In this document: positions 24,843-33,124 of the stretch, one piece after another
Numbering within the stretch: the stretch's first letter is position 1
Layout: each line of letters opens with the position of its first letter
DNA from: a virus
Taxonomy: Duplodnaviria > Caudoviricetes
Direction: 5' to 3' (one strand)
Length of the DNA: 48,887 nucleotides
Virus record (IMG/VR): IMGVR_UViG_3300021559_000014
Location: 1 to 48,887 of that record
Position numbers and translations under genes: made by a program
Notes under the pieces: model-generated
Databases searched by the model: none
The model's input: only the letters and a program-made list of their open reading frames with translations
Told to the model about the DNA's origin: nothing

Positions 24843-25726
24843 ATGTCCTTGATCTCTTCAGCGGCATCGGCGGCTTCTCACTCGGCCTCGAACGAGCTGG
24901 AATGCGAACCGTCGCCTTCTGTGAGATCGACGGATATTGCCAAGCCGTACTCCGAAAGCACTGGCCAGATGTCCCTGTTTTCGGAGACGTGCGAGAGCTT
25001 ACCGCTGAAGTTTTGGCCAACGCCCAATACGTTGGATGGGATGCCCGGCCGAAACAAAGAACAACTATTGGAGAAGGCCAAAGTTCTGAAGGGTTCGTGG
25101 GGCAACTCGCTAAATACGGAGAACCTGCGGGATGCAGTATTGATCTCATCTGCGGCGGTTTCCCCTGTCAGGACATCAGCGTCGCGGGAAAGGGCGCGGG
25201 AATTGAAGGCTCTCGCTCAGGACTATGGAGCGAGTACGCCAGAATTATTGGCGAAGTACGACCCCGCTACGTCATCGTGGAGAACGTCGCAGCTCTGCTT
25301 GGACGGGGGCTTGGCCGAGTTCTCGGAGACCTGGCCGCGCTCGGGTACGATGCGGAATGGCACTGCATACCAGCTTCCGCCATTGGTGCCCCTCACAGAC
25401 GCGATCGGGTCTGGATTGTGGCCTACGCCGCGGAGCGAGGACAGCGGACAAACGGGTGGGCATCGGGGGAAGCCCGACACGCTGACTGCGGCAGCAAGGA
25501 TGTGGCCGACACCACGGGAGCGTTCGTGGAAGGACAATGCCCCGCCATCCGAATTCAGAAGGAACGAGGTTCCTTTAGCGGCTCAAGTTGGTGGCTCACT
25601 GAACCCAACGTGGGTCGAGTGGCTCATGGGGTTCCCGCTCGGGTGGACCGACTGCGGGCGCTCGGCAACGCAATCGTTCCGCAGATCGCGGAAATCATCG
25701 GGCGGGCGATCATGAGCGTTCAATGA
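24839..25726 (+). CDS. C5-cytosine DNA methyltransferase (main frame)
   Basis: Motifs I (LFSGIGG), IV (GGFPCQ), VI (ENV), VIII (HRRDRV), X (LGNAIVP); motif IX absent in this frame. Confidence 0.9.
   Translation: MNVLDLFSGIGGFSLGLERAGMRTVAFCEIDGYCQAVLRKHWPDVPVFGDVRELTAEVLANAQYVGWDARPKQRTTIGEGQSSEGFVGQLAKYGEPAGCSIDLICGGFPCQDISVAGKGAGIEGSRSGLWSEYARIIGEVRPRYVIVENVAALLGRGLGRVLGDLAALGYDAEWHCIPASAIGAPHRRDRVWIVAYAAERGQRTNGWASGEARHADCGSKDVADTTGAFVEGQCPAIRIQKERGSFSGSSWWLTEPNVGRVAHGVPARVDRLRALGNAIVPQIAEIIGRAIMSVQ
24843..25715 (+). CDS. Nested +1-frame ORF, probable second subunit of the C5 methyltransferase
   Basis: 290 open codons with three WPTP repeats and motif-IX-like LNPTWVEWLMGFPLGWT; true start unknown. 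Confidence 0.65.
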   Translation: MSLISSAASAASHSASNELECEPSPSVRSTDIAKPYSESTGQMSLFSETCESLPLKFWPTPNTLDGMPGRNKEQLLEKAKVLKGSWGNSLNTENLRDAVLISSAAVSPVRTSASRERARELKALAQDYGASTPELLAKYDPATSSWRTSQLCLDGGLAEFSETWPRSGTMRNGTAYQLPPLVPLTDAIGSGLWPTPRSEDSGQTGGHRGKPDTLTAAARMWPTPRERSWKDNAPPSEFRRNEVPLAAQVGGSLNPTWVEWLMGFPLGWTDCGRSATQSFRRSRKSSGGRS

Positions 25727-26310
25727 CCTCCACGCGGCGAGCACAATGGTACTGGTCCGACTGGCTGGGCGATCAGGCGGTACGCCGCCTTACCCTTGCC
25801 GAGCGCGGGCTGTGGATTGATTTACTAGCGTTAGCGGCTGACGGCGTACCCACCGGCTATGTGACCGATAGTAAAGGGAGGCCACTGACCCACGAGGAGA
25901 TCGCCCGCATTTGTAATGCCGGCTCTCCAGTTGAGGTGGCTGAGCTTATCGGTAGCATAGTGGAAAAGGGCGCCGGCAGCCGTGACCGCACCGGGCGGTT
26001 GTTCAACCGGCGTATGGTACGCGATGCTGAACGCTCAGTCGTAAAGCGACGAGCTGGCCATCTGGGCGGCGTCCATACGGCATTAGTAAATAAGAGTAAT
26101 CAGGCCCTGGTGCAGCAGATGGCGCAGCAGGTGCTTGAGCAGGACGAACAAGCAAGACGTGGCCCTTACCTTAATAAGAAAGATAACTCTTCTACTAACT
26201 CTGACTCAGAGATAAGGGCCGGACTGCCGCAAGGGGTGGGCGAGAAAGAAACGAAGTCGATGGCCTCGCCTCACCTCGCGGCATCACTCCACCGGCGGGG
26301 CTGGGTATGA
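25723..26310 (+). CDS. Replication initiator-like protein (N-terminal HTH family)
   Basis: WSDWLGD..VRRLTLAERGLWIDLL...F.RRMVRD pattern typical of phage replisome organisers. Confidence 0.65.
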   Translation: MTSTRRAQWYWSDWLGDQAVRRLTLAERGLWIDLLALAADGVPTGYVTDSKGRPLTHEEIARICNAGSPVEVAELIGSIVEKGAGSRDRTGRLFNRRMVRDAERSVVKRRAGHLGGVHTALVNKSNQALVQQMAQQVLEQDEQARRGPYLNKKDNSSTNSDSEIRAGLPQGVGEKETKSMASPHLAASLHRRGWV

Positions 26311-26471
26311 ATCAATCTGATGACAACGAAGAATTGCTCGGCCGGCTGGTTGCCGAATACAGCGAGGAGATAAACCGGCTGCGGGAGGCGTTGCTTTGGG
26401 TTTCCGAGCACAGCAACGATCCTCAAATTGTCCAACGTGCCTTGCACGAATTAAAGCGGCAAACCCGATGA
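26307..26471 (+). CDS. Small hypothetical protein (54 aa)
   Basis: Read by hand: MNQSDDNEELL...EINRLREAL...; ATGA overlaps. Confidence 0.55.
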   Translation: MNQSDDNEELLGRLVAEYSEEINRLREALLWVSEHSNDPQIVQRALHELKRQTR

Positions 26472-26701
26472 ATGAGTGGCAACCCATTGAAACGACATGG
26501 CCGCCGAGAGACGGAACTCGAATTTTGTTGACTGACGGAGACAATGTTTTTGTCGGTTATTGGACTGGCAGTTGTGAATTTGGCGGTGACCGTGATCCTG
26601 TGCCGGGATGGCAAATTTTCAAATGCGACGAGGACTATTGGTATTCTTATGGGGCGGAAAATGCGACCCACTGGATGCCGTTACCGGAGCCGCCGAAATG
26701 A
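26468..26701 (+). CDS. DUF551-like protein
   Basis: WQPIET..P.DGT.ILL...THWMPLPEPP. Confidence 0.85.
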   Translation: MNEWQPIETTWPPRDGTRILLTDGDNVFVGYWTGSCEFGGDRDPVPGWQIFKCDEDYWYSYGAENATHWMPLPEPPK

Positions 26702-26841
26702 AATGCCCCCGTTGCGGCGTTGAAATCGTCGAGGACAAGCTGGCAATGCTGAATCGTTGTCCTGACTGGCGCTGCCCAACAATGCCGGACGAGGTGCGGC
26801 GGAAAGAACCGGGAAAGGAGCAACAATGCACGGGGCAATAG
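26698..26841 (+). CDS. Small Zn-ribbon protein
   Basis: MKCPRCG...CPDWRC. Confidence 0.5.
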   Translation: MKCPRCGVEIVEDKLAMLNRCPDWRCPTMPDEVRRKEPGKEQQCTGQ

Positions 26842-27383
26842 CGGTGTCCGAACAGATAGGCCCTACAAGCCACAGAGAAGGTTGTGGGTTGAGTTGGTAT
26901 GTCATCCTGATGTCCACTGGCCTGGAACGGCGTGCGTGCATCTGGATGCGCCTGCGGGGCTTACAGCCCTATTGGGCACGGTATCGGGTAAACTGGCGGG
27001 AATTTCAGGTCCGGAGTGGCATCCAATGGCGGTCGGTTCTGCCTGGTTATCTGTTCCTGCCACATCCGGCAGACTGCAAGCTGGTCGAGGATGCGCCAGG
27101 TGTACGGCGGTTCCTCCGTGATGGCAACGGTAAGCCAGAGACGTTGGATGAGCACGAAATGGACAGAATACGCGAAATCGAATCGGCACTGAACGACAGC
27201 ATTATTGCAGCGCGGGATGGAATTCCGTTCAAGGTCGGGCAACGGGTTTATATTACTAAGCTGCAAATTGGGGGTATAATCTTGCGGCTTGACGGTAGGC
27301 GGCGGATCATCGTATCTACATCTATCTTTGGTTCGCGTGGTGTGCCGATGACCGTTAGCGTTGCGGACATAGAGTCGATCTAG
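26826..27383 (+). CDS. NusG-like transcription antiterminator (probable late regulator)
   Basis: NGN domain (WYV...E..A...L...LPGYLF...PGVRRFL) plus KOW (FKVGQRV.I); last gene of the early operon. Confidence 0.8.
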   Translation: MHGAIAVSEQIGPTSHREGCGLSWYVILMSTGLERRACIWMRLRGLQPYWARYRVNWREFQVRSGIQWRSVLPGYLFLPHPADCKLVEDAPGVRRFLRDGNGKPETLDEHEMDRIREIESALNDSIIAARDGIPFKVGQRVYITKLQIGGIILRLDGRRRIIVSTSIFGSRGVPMTVSVADIESI

Positions 27384-27480
27384 CTGGAACCGGCGGGGTG
27401 CCTGTCAAGGTTCACCCCCAACCCCATCGGCTATGATCCTGATCGCGCCGCTTAATTCGGCTTATGCAATGCAATGAAGC

Positions 27481-27714
27481 CTACTGCCAGTGATACCACT
27501 GTTTCAGTCGCCGCTTGAACAGCCACCCATCGTCAGCGGACCATGTAGCGTCAAAGAAGGCTTGCATCCGTGCACCCATTGCATCGCGTAGCCAGCGGTC
27601 GGGGATCACCAGTTCCTCGTGCTGCCGCTTCTCATCGAACACACGCCAAGCCTCATCCTCGCCATGAGCTACTACCATCGGGCGTTCTATTTTGACGACG
27701 CGGGTAAATGCCAT
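27481..27714 (-). CDS. Hypothetical protein (moron-like, opposite strand)
   Basis: MAFTRVVKIERP...W.VFDE.R...AFF.A.W; AT-rich divergent upstream region. Confidence 0.55.
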   Translation of the reverse strand: MAFTRVVKIERPMVVAHGEDEAWRVFDEKRQHEELVIPDRWLRDAMGARMQAFFDATWSADDGWLFKRRLKQWYHWQ

Positions 27715-27767
27715 AATCGTATAATAATATAATTCGGTGCTGATAAATACCCTAAGGGAGAGTGGTA

Positions 27768-28148
27768 ATGCCAGTGCTTGAGCATGTTTCACATACTGAG
27801 CAAATTGCCAAATGGGTAGGCGATGACGTTCAAGCCGCAATCAATTCCGGGGTGTTTGCCGATTTGCCAGTTATGTGGGGTGATAGTGATGGGCTTGGTG
27901 GACCTCCAGTTGATGACCCATGCACGATTTATTTCGGCTTAAGTCTAGGGGAATATGCGGATGGTGGAAATCAGGTAATTTATCAAACGACGGTAGAGCA
28001 ATTGGTTGATGAACTTATTGAAGATAACGAAGATGGGGATATTTTACTGCGCGTGGCTGATAAATTACGTGTACTTGCGAACAAATTAGAAAAGGCTGCA
28101 CTTCAAAACAAGTCGAATAACAAGAATGACATTCAAGAAAGGCGTTAG
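27768..28148 (+). CDS. Acidic hypothetical protein
   Basis: GGGAG RBS; 126 aa. Confidence 0.6.
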   Translation: MPVLEHVSHTEQIAKWVGDDVQAAINSGVFADLPVMWGDSDGLGGPPVDDPCTIYFGLSLGEYADGGNQVIYQTTVEQLVDELIEDNEDGDILLRVADKLRVLANKLEKAALQNKSNNKNDIQERR

Positions 28149-28413
28149 CGGCAATCCTGGTGGGCGGCCCAAAGGGCGTACCGAGTTTGCATTGCTTGCT
28201 CAGGAGCACACCACAGAGGCGCTTAACCGCCTCGTGCATTGGATGAAGTCGAGCAAGGAAGCTGCATCGATAAAAGCCTGCCAACTTATCATCGAGCGCG
28301 CATGGGGTGCACCGCCATCTGCTGATGAGGCTGCCGCGTTGACTATTTCATCTGGTAAGGGCGACAAGATCGAAGTAACGTTCGTGCATCCAAAGCGGCG
28401 GGATGATGAGTGA
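28126..28413 (+). CDS. Terminase small subunit candidate (DUF5681-like)
   Basis: FKKGVSGNPGGRPKG...LA.EHT.EA...L...M.......IKA...I.ERAWG. Confidence 0.65.
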   Translation: MTFKKGVSGNPGGRPKGRTEFALLAQEHTTEALNRLVHWMKSSKEAASIKACQLIIERAWGAPPSADEAAALTISSGKGDKIEVTFVHPKRRDDE

Positions 28414-28490
28414 GATAGACTGGTTTATCGGCAGTGTCGTGATTGGTGCATTGCTTGGATGGTTCATAATTCCAGCTCTAAAGCGGCGGG

Positions 28491-28676
28491 ATGATGAGTA
28501 AAGTAGTTCAGAAAACCAAACCATGTGCTGTTTGTGGAAGAGAGCTTGTTAGCATTGCTAATGGTTGTTGGATGCACAAGTACGTGCTCGAACACATTGA
28601 AGCAGAGTGGGACAAGGTATTTGGTAATGTCCAAGGTGAGCAAGGACTCAGTCAACTATCGTCCGGCGACCAATAG
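28491..28676 (+). CDS. Small hypothetical protein
   Basis: CAVCG...C.MH; partly overlaps the next ORF. Confidence 0.35.
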   Translation: MMSKVVQKTKPCAVCGRELVSIANGCWMHKYVLEHIEAEWDKVFGNVQGEQGLSQLSSGDQ

Positions 28677-28812
28677 CAAGCGTTGTGGCACCTGCTGCAT
28701 GTATCGTGACAACAAACACAAGCGAAATGATATTGGCCGCTGCACGCTTGTCGAGGGGTTGATCCGTCTTCGCGACACTTGCGACAAGTGGCAGGCAGAG
28801 AATGGCAAATGA
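28627..28812 (+). CDS. HiPIP-like small Cys protein
   Basis: K..V.Y......RCGTC.MY...C.LVEG.I.....C.KW spacing of high-potential iron-sulfur proteins. Confidence 0.6.
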   Translation: MSKVSKDSVNYRPATNSKRCGTCCMYRDNKHKRNDIGRCTLVEGLIRLRDTCDKWQAENGK

Positions 28813-28993
28813 CAGAATGTGGCTCGTTCATAAGCCATCAGGTAAGATGGCTCTCATCGCAAAGAATTGGGACGATGTGACTTGGGACTTCTATACTGGG
28901 CAAAGGCTTGCGCCACATCAATATGATATTAAAGGTCTTCTGGACGAATGCGGATATGATACAGAATACTTCATCGAATACGATAGCAAATGA
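28802..28993 (+). CDS. Hypothetical protein
   Basis: MANDRMWLVHKPSG....IAK. Confidence 0.6.
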   Translation: MANDRMWLVHKPSGKMALIAKNWDDVTWDFYTGQRLAPHQYDIKGLLDECGYDTEYFIEYDSK

Positions 28994-29027
28994 CCTCCTT
29001 CATCCCCGCGGTCTATTGTGCTAAGTG

Positions 29028-29201
29028 ATGAGCGATTATGAGAACCTGCTCAGTCACATGCAGTACCATAAGGTCAAGCAATGGCTGCTTGACGGCTGCG
29101 ACGACGAGGATGCGCGGACTATAGGTGAGGCCGTTCGTCGTATTCCAGAGCGTCGTCTTATCAGGAGGCTCGCGCGGGCACTAGCGAAGGAGAGTCAGTG
29201 A
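29028..29201 (+). CDS. Hypothetical protein (57 aa)
   Basis: Read by hand: MSDYENLLSHMQY...ALAKESQ; overlap-coupled. Confidence 0.5.
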   Translation: MSDYENLLSHMQYHKVKQWLLDGCDDEDARTIGEAVRRIPERRLIRRLARALAKESQ

Positions 29202-29383
29202 TATCCTTCATTCCTATAGTCTATTGCGCTAAGTGCAACAAAACAGTTACCGACGTGATGCGCCTGCACACAAAGACAGAGAGGTTTGTTCGTGTGCGCT
29301 GCCACGGGCAGGAAGAGCGGATAGGCTTTGTTGATAAACCAGAGGAGCGGGTAGAGTTGTGGGGAAAAGCATCGACGAATTGA
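29198..29383 (+). CDS. Small Zn-ribbon protein
   Basis: CAKCNK...RCHG; AAGGAG RBS. Confidence 0.6.
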   Translation: MISFIPIVYCAKCNKTVTDVMRLHTKTERFVRVRCHGQEERIGFVDKPEERVELWGKASTN

Positions 29384-30003
29384 GACGTGAGGGCGATGCA
29401 CTCAAGCGTGAGGGAGTCCAGCTTCGGAAGAAATTAGTAGAGTGGCGGCGGGCTGAAGCTTTGAATTATTGGATGTGGCGCGTGCCTCTGGAAGTTGCTC
29501 AGAAGCAAGTAGCAAACGAAATGGATCGCTTGGTTCTTCGTATGGTTCAGGCTGGTGCAACGTACCGATTTATTGGGGAGAGGCTAGGGGTTTCAGCGTC
29601 GAGGGCACAGCAGCGAGCTAGAAAGGCTAGCTGGAAGGCTATGCGCCGTGTACCTTGTCCAGTTGAAGGATACTTTAATGAGTTGGGGGATATTAAAAAA
29701 TTAAGTGCGGGTATTCCAAGGCGTGAAAGGCAGATGTGGGCAGCATTGCGTGGCGGTCAGGTCCTTGCAGAATTAGTTGAGGCTTCACTATGGCAGGTGC
29801 CGGCAGATAGCCCGAATGGTGCAGGTGAAGTTATGGGAGAAGAAACCGACCTGAGTAAGATAACCTTTACCGAGGATGAGATTGAAACTATCAGGAAGGT
29901 CCTTTTTGATTGGGGATTTGAATACAATCTTGCTGCAGATGGCATCAAAGTTCGTGCACTTGTGGAAAAGATAGGTGTATTCGAGTATGTCAAGAAAAGC
30001 TAG
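29359..30003 (+). CDS. Protein with sigma-70 region-4-like HTH
   Basis: GATYRFIGERLGVSASRAQQ. Confidence 0.5.
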   Translation: MGKSIDELRREGDALKREGVQLRKKLVEWRRAEALNYWMWRVPLEVAQKQVANEMDRLVLRMVQAGATYRFIGERLGVSASRAQQRARKASWKAMRRVPCPVEGYFNELGDIKKLSAGIPRRERQMWAALRGGQVLAELVEASLWQVPADSPNGAGEVMGEETDLSKITFTEDEIETIRKVLFDWGFEYNLAADGIKVRALVEKIGVFEYVKKS

Positions 30004-30499
30004 CCTTCCCACCCTCGCAAAGCTCGAACTGAGCCAGTCAGTCTACGATGAGATTGAGCGTAAGCTGCTTGAGGCCGGACATGAGCATCGGTTTTGGGAC
30101 GGTCCAGGCACAGCAATCGACATGACGGGGATATGGGTTGAGCGTCGAGCGCAGCCGACCGATCTAGAGATGCAGGCCGCAGCCGACCGGGAACAAGCCA
30201 TCAAGAGAGTTCGTGAGCGGGCAGAGCAGCGCGGCGATCTGCCCCGGCGCACCTGCTTAACATGCGGAGCCGCAGTCGACCCGGAAGACGTTGAAGCGCG
30301 TAATGTGCAAGCCCATAAAGTAGCTGAGCAAAAACTATCCGCGCTGAGGGCGGAGAGAGGGCAAGGGTTCAAGATTACCCCTGATATGCCTATCGACAGC
30401 CGCTATTGCTTCGGCTGCGACCGCATGGTGACGCAGCCGTGTGAGCGTGTGGACTGTATGGAAGCCGCGAACCGAGAGGCTGCTTCAAGTGATGTCTAA
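29987..30499 (+). CDS. Hypothetical protein with Cys motifs
   Basis: LELS...YDEI..KL..AG...IDMTGI; CLTCG; CFGC. Confidence 0.6.
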   Translation: MSRKASLPTLAKLELSQSVYDEIERKLLEAGHEHRFWDGPGTAIDMTGIWVERRAQPTDLEMQAAADREQAIKRVRERAEQRGDLPRRTCLTCGAAVDPEDVEARNVQAHKVAEQKLSALRAERGQGFKITPDMPIDSRYCFGCDRMVTQPCERVDCMEAANREAASSDV

Positions 30500-30740
30500 C
30501 ATTATCGCAACAATTATGAATTCAGTGCGGCATGCGCATCGCACAATAACTCCTTATCCAGTCAGGGAATGTTACCTCGGCGATGAGGAATACGACGCTG
30601 TAATGCGATATGCCGATGAGCAGGATGGTTGGATTCCTCCGCATCACAGGTCGGCACTGGATTGGCATGTAACTGTTGCGGGTGTGCGTATCCGACATTT
30701 GAGAGAACTGAAAGCCGCGAACCAAACGGCCGTATCGTGA
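30492..30740 (+). CDS. Hypothetical protein
   Basis: Coupled ORF. Confidence 0.5.
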   Translation: MSNIIATIMNSVRHAHRTITPYPVRECYLGDEEYDAVMRYADEQDGWIPPHHRSALDWHVTVAGVRIRHLRELKAANQTAVS

Positions 30741-30997
30741 TTTCTCGTCGCTCTGTTATTGCTGGTTTGTTTGCTGCTCCGGCCATCGTTGCCGTTGAAA
30801 ACATCATGCCTATCCGTGTGCCATCTATTTGGCTGCCTAGTCGTAATGTGCTGACACTCAACATGATCACCAGAGAGGCAATCAGGTTGTTTGTTAATAG
30901 CAACAATTTTCTGAAGCAAATAGATGAACAGTTCTCAGAGTTTTATTCACCTCCAACCGGCGCAAGGCTTGCCGTCCCAACATGGAGACCAGCATGA
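30737..30997 (+). CDS. Small protein: twin-Arg-like leader plus capsid-N-terminus-like segment
   Basis: SRRSVIAGLFAAPAIV then NVLTLNMITREAIRLFVNSNNFLKQID; GTGA/ATGA coupling. Confidence 0.6.
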   Translation: MISRRSVIAGLFAAPAIVAVENIMPIRVPSIWLPSRNVLTLNMITREAIRLFVNSNNFLKQIDEQFSEFYSPPTGARLAVPTWRPA

Positions 30998-31266
30998 CTA
31001 AGCGAGACAACGAGCTAACGCGGCCTGAGCTGCTCGATAAGCGGGTCAAGCAGCTGCTCGATAAGTGGGAGATACACCGCGGACAACTGCCACAAGACCT
31101 CATCACCGCTCTTGAGGGCGTGCGCAAGGCGCATGACATGCCTTACGTGCGTTCTGACTTGCTAGACGTGCCGGCGCCTAATCCGGACGACCCTGTTCCT
31201 GTTGTGAGTGAACCTGTTCCTGCCGTCGCTCCTGATGCGTCGGCCAAACCTGGAGACCTGACATGA
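30994..31266 (+). CDS. Hypothetical protein
   Basis: GGAG RBS; Pro-rich C-terminus; coupled to the next gene. Confidence 0.6.
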   Translation: MTKRDNELTRPELLDKRVKQLLDKWEIHRGQLPQDLITALEGVRKAHDMPYVRSDLLDVPAPNPDDPVPVVSEPVPAVAPDASAKPGDLT

Positions 31267-32783
31267 CTATTCGAGTCCGTCTACTGGCGGCTGTCGGCGC
31301 ATCTATTGCTGTGATCGGCATCCCCCTCGCCTATGCGGCCGGCTTGTTCCCCGGCCTGCCGATTGTTGGTGGCTCAGCCTACTGCACTGGGTTTAGCTCT
31401 TTCCAGCAAACTCCAACCACGCCCGGCGTGACGCAGTCGCCGACACAGTGCAATAGCACAGCGCCTGCTGGCCCCGTGGGGCTCACGGGATCGGAACTGA
31501 TCCCAGCCGATACAGGGCTTGCTGGCGGTGCGGCACCGCAGACGGTGCTGATCCCGTCCGCGCTGCTCACAACCACCACCTTGAACGGCTCGATGACCAA
31601 CCGCCTGATCGGTGGCGATATGACCACCAATCCGGCGCAGCGTTTGTCCACGACCAAGGGTATCGCGTCGCTTGCTACCCTGTCACCGACTGCGGCTGTC
31701 ATCACGGCGGATCGGTGGTGGGTCATTGCCCCGGCGGCCGGTGTTACCGTGACGATGGACAGCACGGCAGCAACCGCCGTCATTCCGGGCTTTAACAACA
31801 CCAAGGCACTGAGACTTGCCCGGACCACAAGCGGTGCGGCAGGCATCATGTGTGTCGGCCAGACGCTCGACCAGGCCGCGGCGGCGCCGCTCATCGGTAA
31901 CAACGCGGTGTTCTCGTTCTGGCTATCTGAGGGTGCGGGCATGTCGGCGACTGCCGGCAACTTCACCGTCAATGTCGACTACTACACGGCGGCCGATACT
32001 GCGGCCACGCAGGCCACACTCGGCTTCGCTGGCGGCAACGGCTCGCTGGCTGCGCTTGGTGATGTCGGGCTCATCTCGGCCGGACCAACCAACTTCACCA
32101 GGGCCATTGCCGGCTTCTCGCCCGGCACCACCGGCACGGTGGCGGCAGGTGTGGCAACCATTCAAGGCTCGACAACATGGACCCGTTACTCGGTCTATGC
32201 GCCGATCCCGGTCAATGCCCCCGGCACCACAACTCCGGTGACGGGGGTGAGCGTATCGATCTGCTTTGCTCCTGCGGCTACCACGGCCATCACGACCGAC
32301 TGGATCGAAGTCAATGGCATGCAGCTTGAGGCCAAGCCGTCGACGGTAACGCCTAACCAGCCTGCCGGTGTGATCTCGCCATCGGCTTTCGAACGCCGTC
32401 CGGCACAGGTTGAGGCGGCTCTGGCGTATTACTACTGGATATACAACTTTGAAAGCCAGACGCTGGTCTCGACCGTTGCTAGCTGTGCCGACGTGTCGGT
32501 CACGGTTGCCAACTGCTACTACGTGTTCCCGGTGCCGATGCGGCTGGCGCCCGTGATGAAGTTCACGACCGGGTTCCAGCTGTTCACGACAACGGCGTAC
32601 ACAACGCTGGGTGCCTGTACGACGCTTTCGGCTTCCGCATCGCTGGCGACGGTGCCGTCGACGGTAGGGGCGTTGATCAACTGTACGGCTGGCACGGTGC
32701 CAGCAGCGGGTACGGCAAACCAGCTGATGACGTTGGGTACGGCGTCCGCTACCGGTATTATCGTGGCTAGTGCGGAACCATAA
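31263..32783 (+). CDS. Tail-fibre-like protein with N-terminal signal peptide
   Basis: NRLIGGD...QR...ADRW and QLE...FERRP..VE.AL..YY...FPVPMR.AP motifs of phage fibre carbohydrate-binding-type domains; signal ending AYA; 8 Cys. Confidence 0.7.
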   Translation: MTIRVRLLAAVGASIAVIGIPLAYAAGLFPGLPIVGGSAYCTGFSSFQQTPTTPGVTQSPTQCNSTAPAGPVGLTGSELIPADTGLAGGAAPQTVLIPSALLTTTTLNGSMTNRLIGGDMTTNPAQRLSTTKGIASLATLSPTAAVITADRWWVIAPAAGVTVTMDSTAATAVIPGFNNTKALRLARTTSGAAGIMCVGQTLDQAAAAPLIGNNAVFSFWLSEGAGMSATAGNFTVNVDYYTAADTAATQATLGFAGGNGSLAALGDVGLISAGPTNFTRAIAGFSPGTTGTVAAGVATIQGSTTWTRYSVYAPIPVNAPGTTTPVTGVSVSICFAPAATTAITTDWIEVNGMQLEAKPSTVTPNQPAGVISPSAFERRPAQVEAALAYYYWIYNFESQTLVSTVASCADVSVTVANCYYVFPVPMRLAPVMKFTTGFQLFTTTAYTTLGACTTLSASASLATVPSTVGALINCTAGTVPAAGTANQLMTLGTASATGIIVASAEP

Positions 32784-32893
32784 GCGAATAGGCCGCTCCT
32801 CCCGGCCTTAGCCAGAGGCTCCTGACACGACCATATGTAGACTCATGGCTCGGGTAGCCTCTGGCGCTTCCTCTCCAACCAAAGGAAACTCAA

Positions 32894-33124
32894 ATGGCAA
32901 AGAACGGTAACGGCACTACCCCGCTGCGCGACTGGACTATGCAGTCGTATGGCGTGGAGAACGGGCGGCAGGTTTCGGCTATTGAGAGCCGCGGCAACAT
33001 GGGTGCCCATGCGCAAGGCAAGGGGCGGCAAGTCCCGTCGTTCCAGCGCGGTAGCAATGCCGGCTACTCAAAGGGCGGGCCGGATGGGGGCCGTGTGAAG
33101 CTTGGCGGGTCGAAGGTTTGGTAG
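32894..33124 (+). CDS. Small Gly-rich basic protein
   Basis: AAGGA RBS; 76 aa. Confidence 0.6.
   Translation: MAKNGNGTTPLRDWTMQSYGVENGRQVSAIESRGNMGAHAQGKGRQVPSFQRGSNAGYSKGGPDGGRVKLGGSKVW

Noticed and set aside
27384-27480. Late promoter or antiterminator-loading RNA after nusG
   Set aside because: Position is suggestive and short stems exist, but no convincing promoter or structure could be defined by eye
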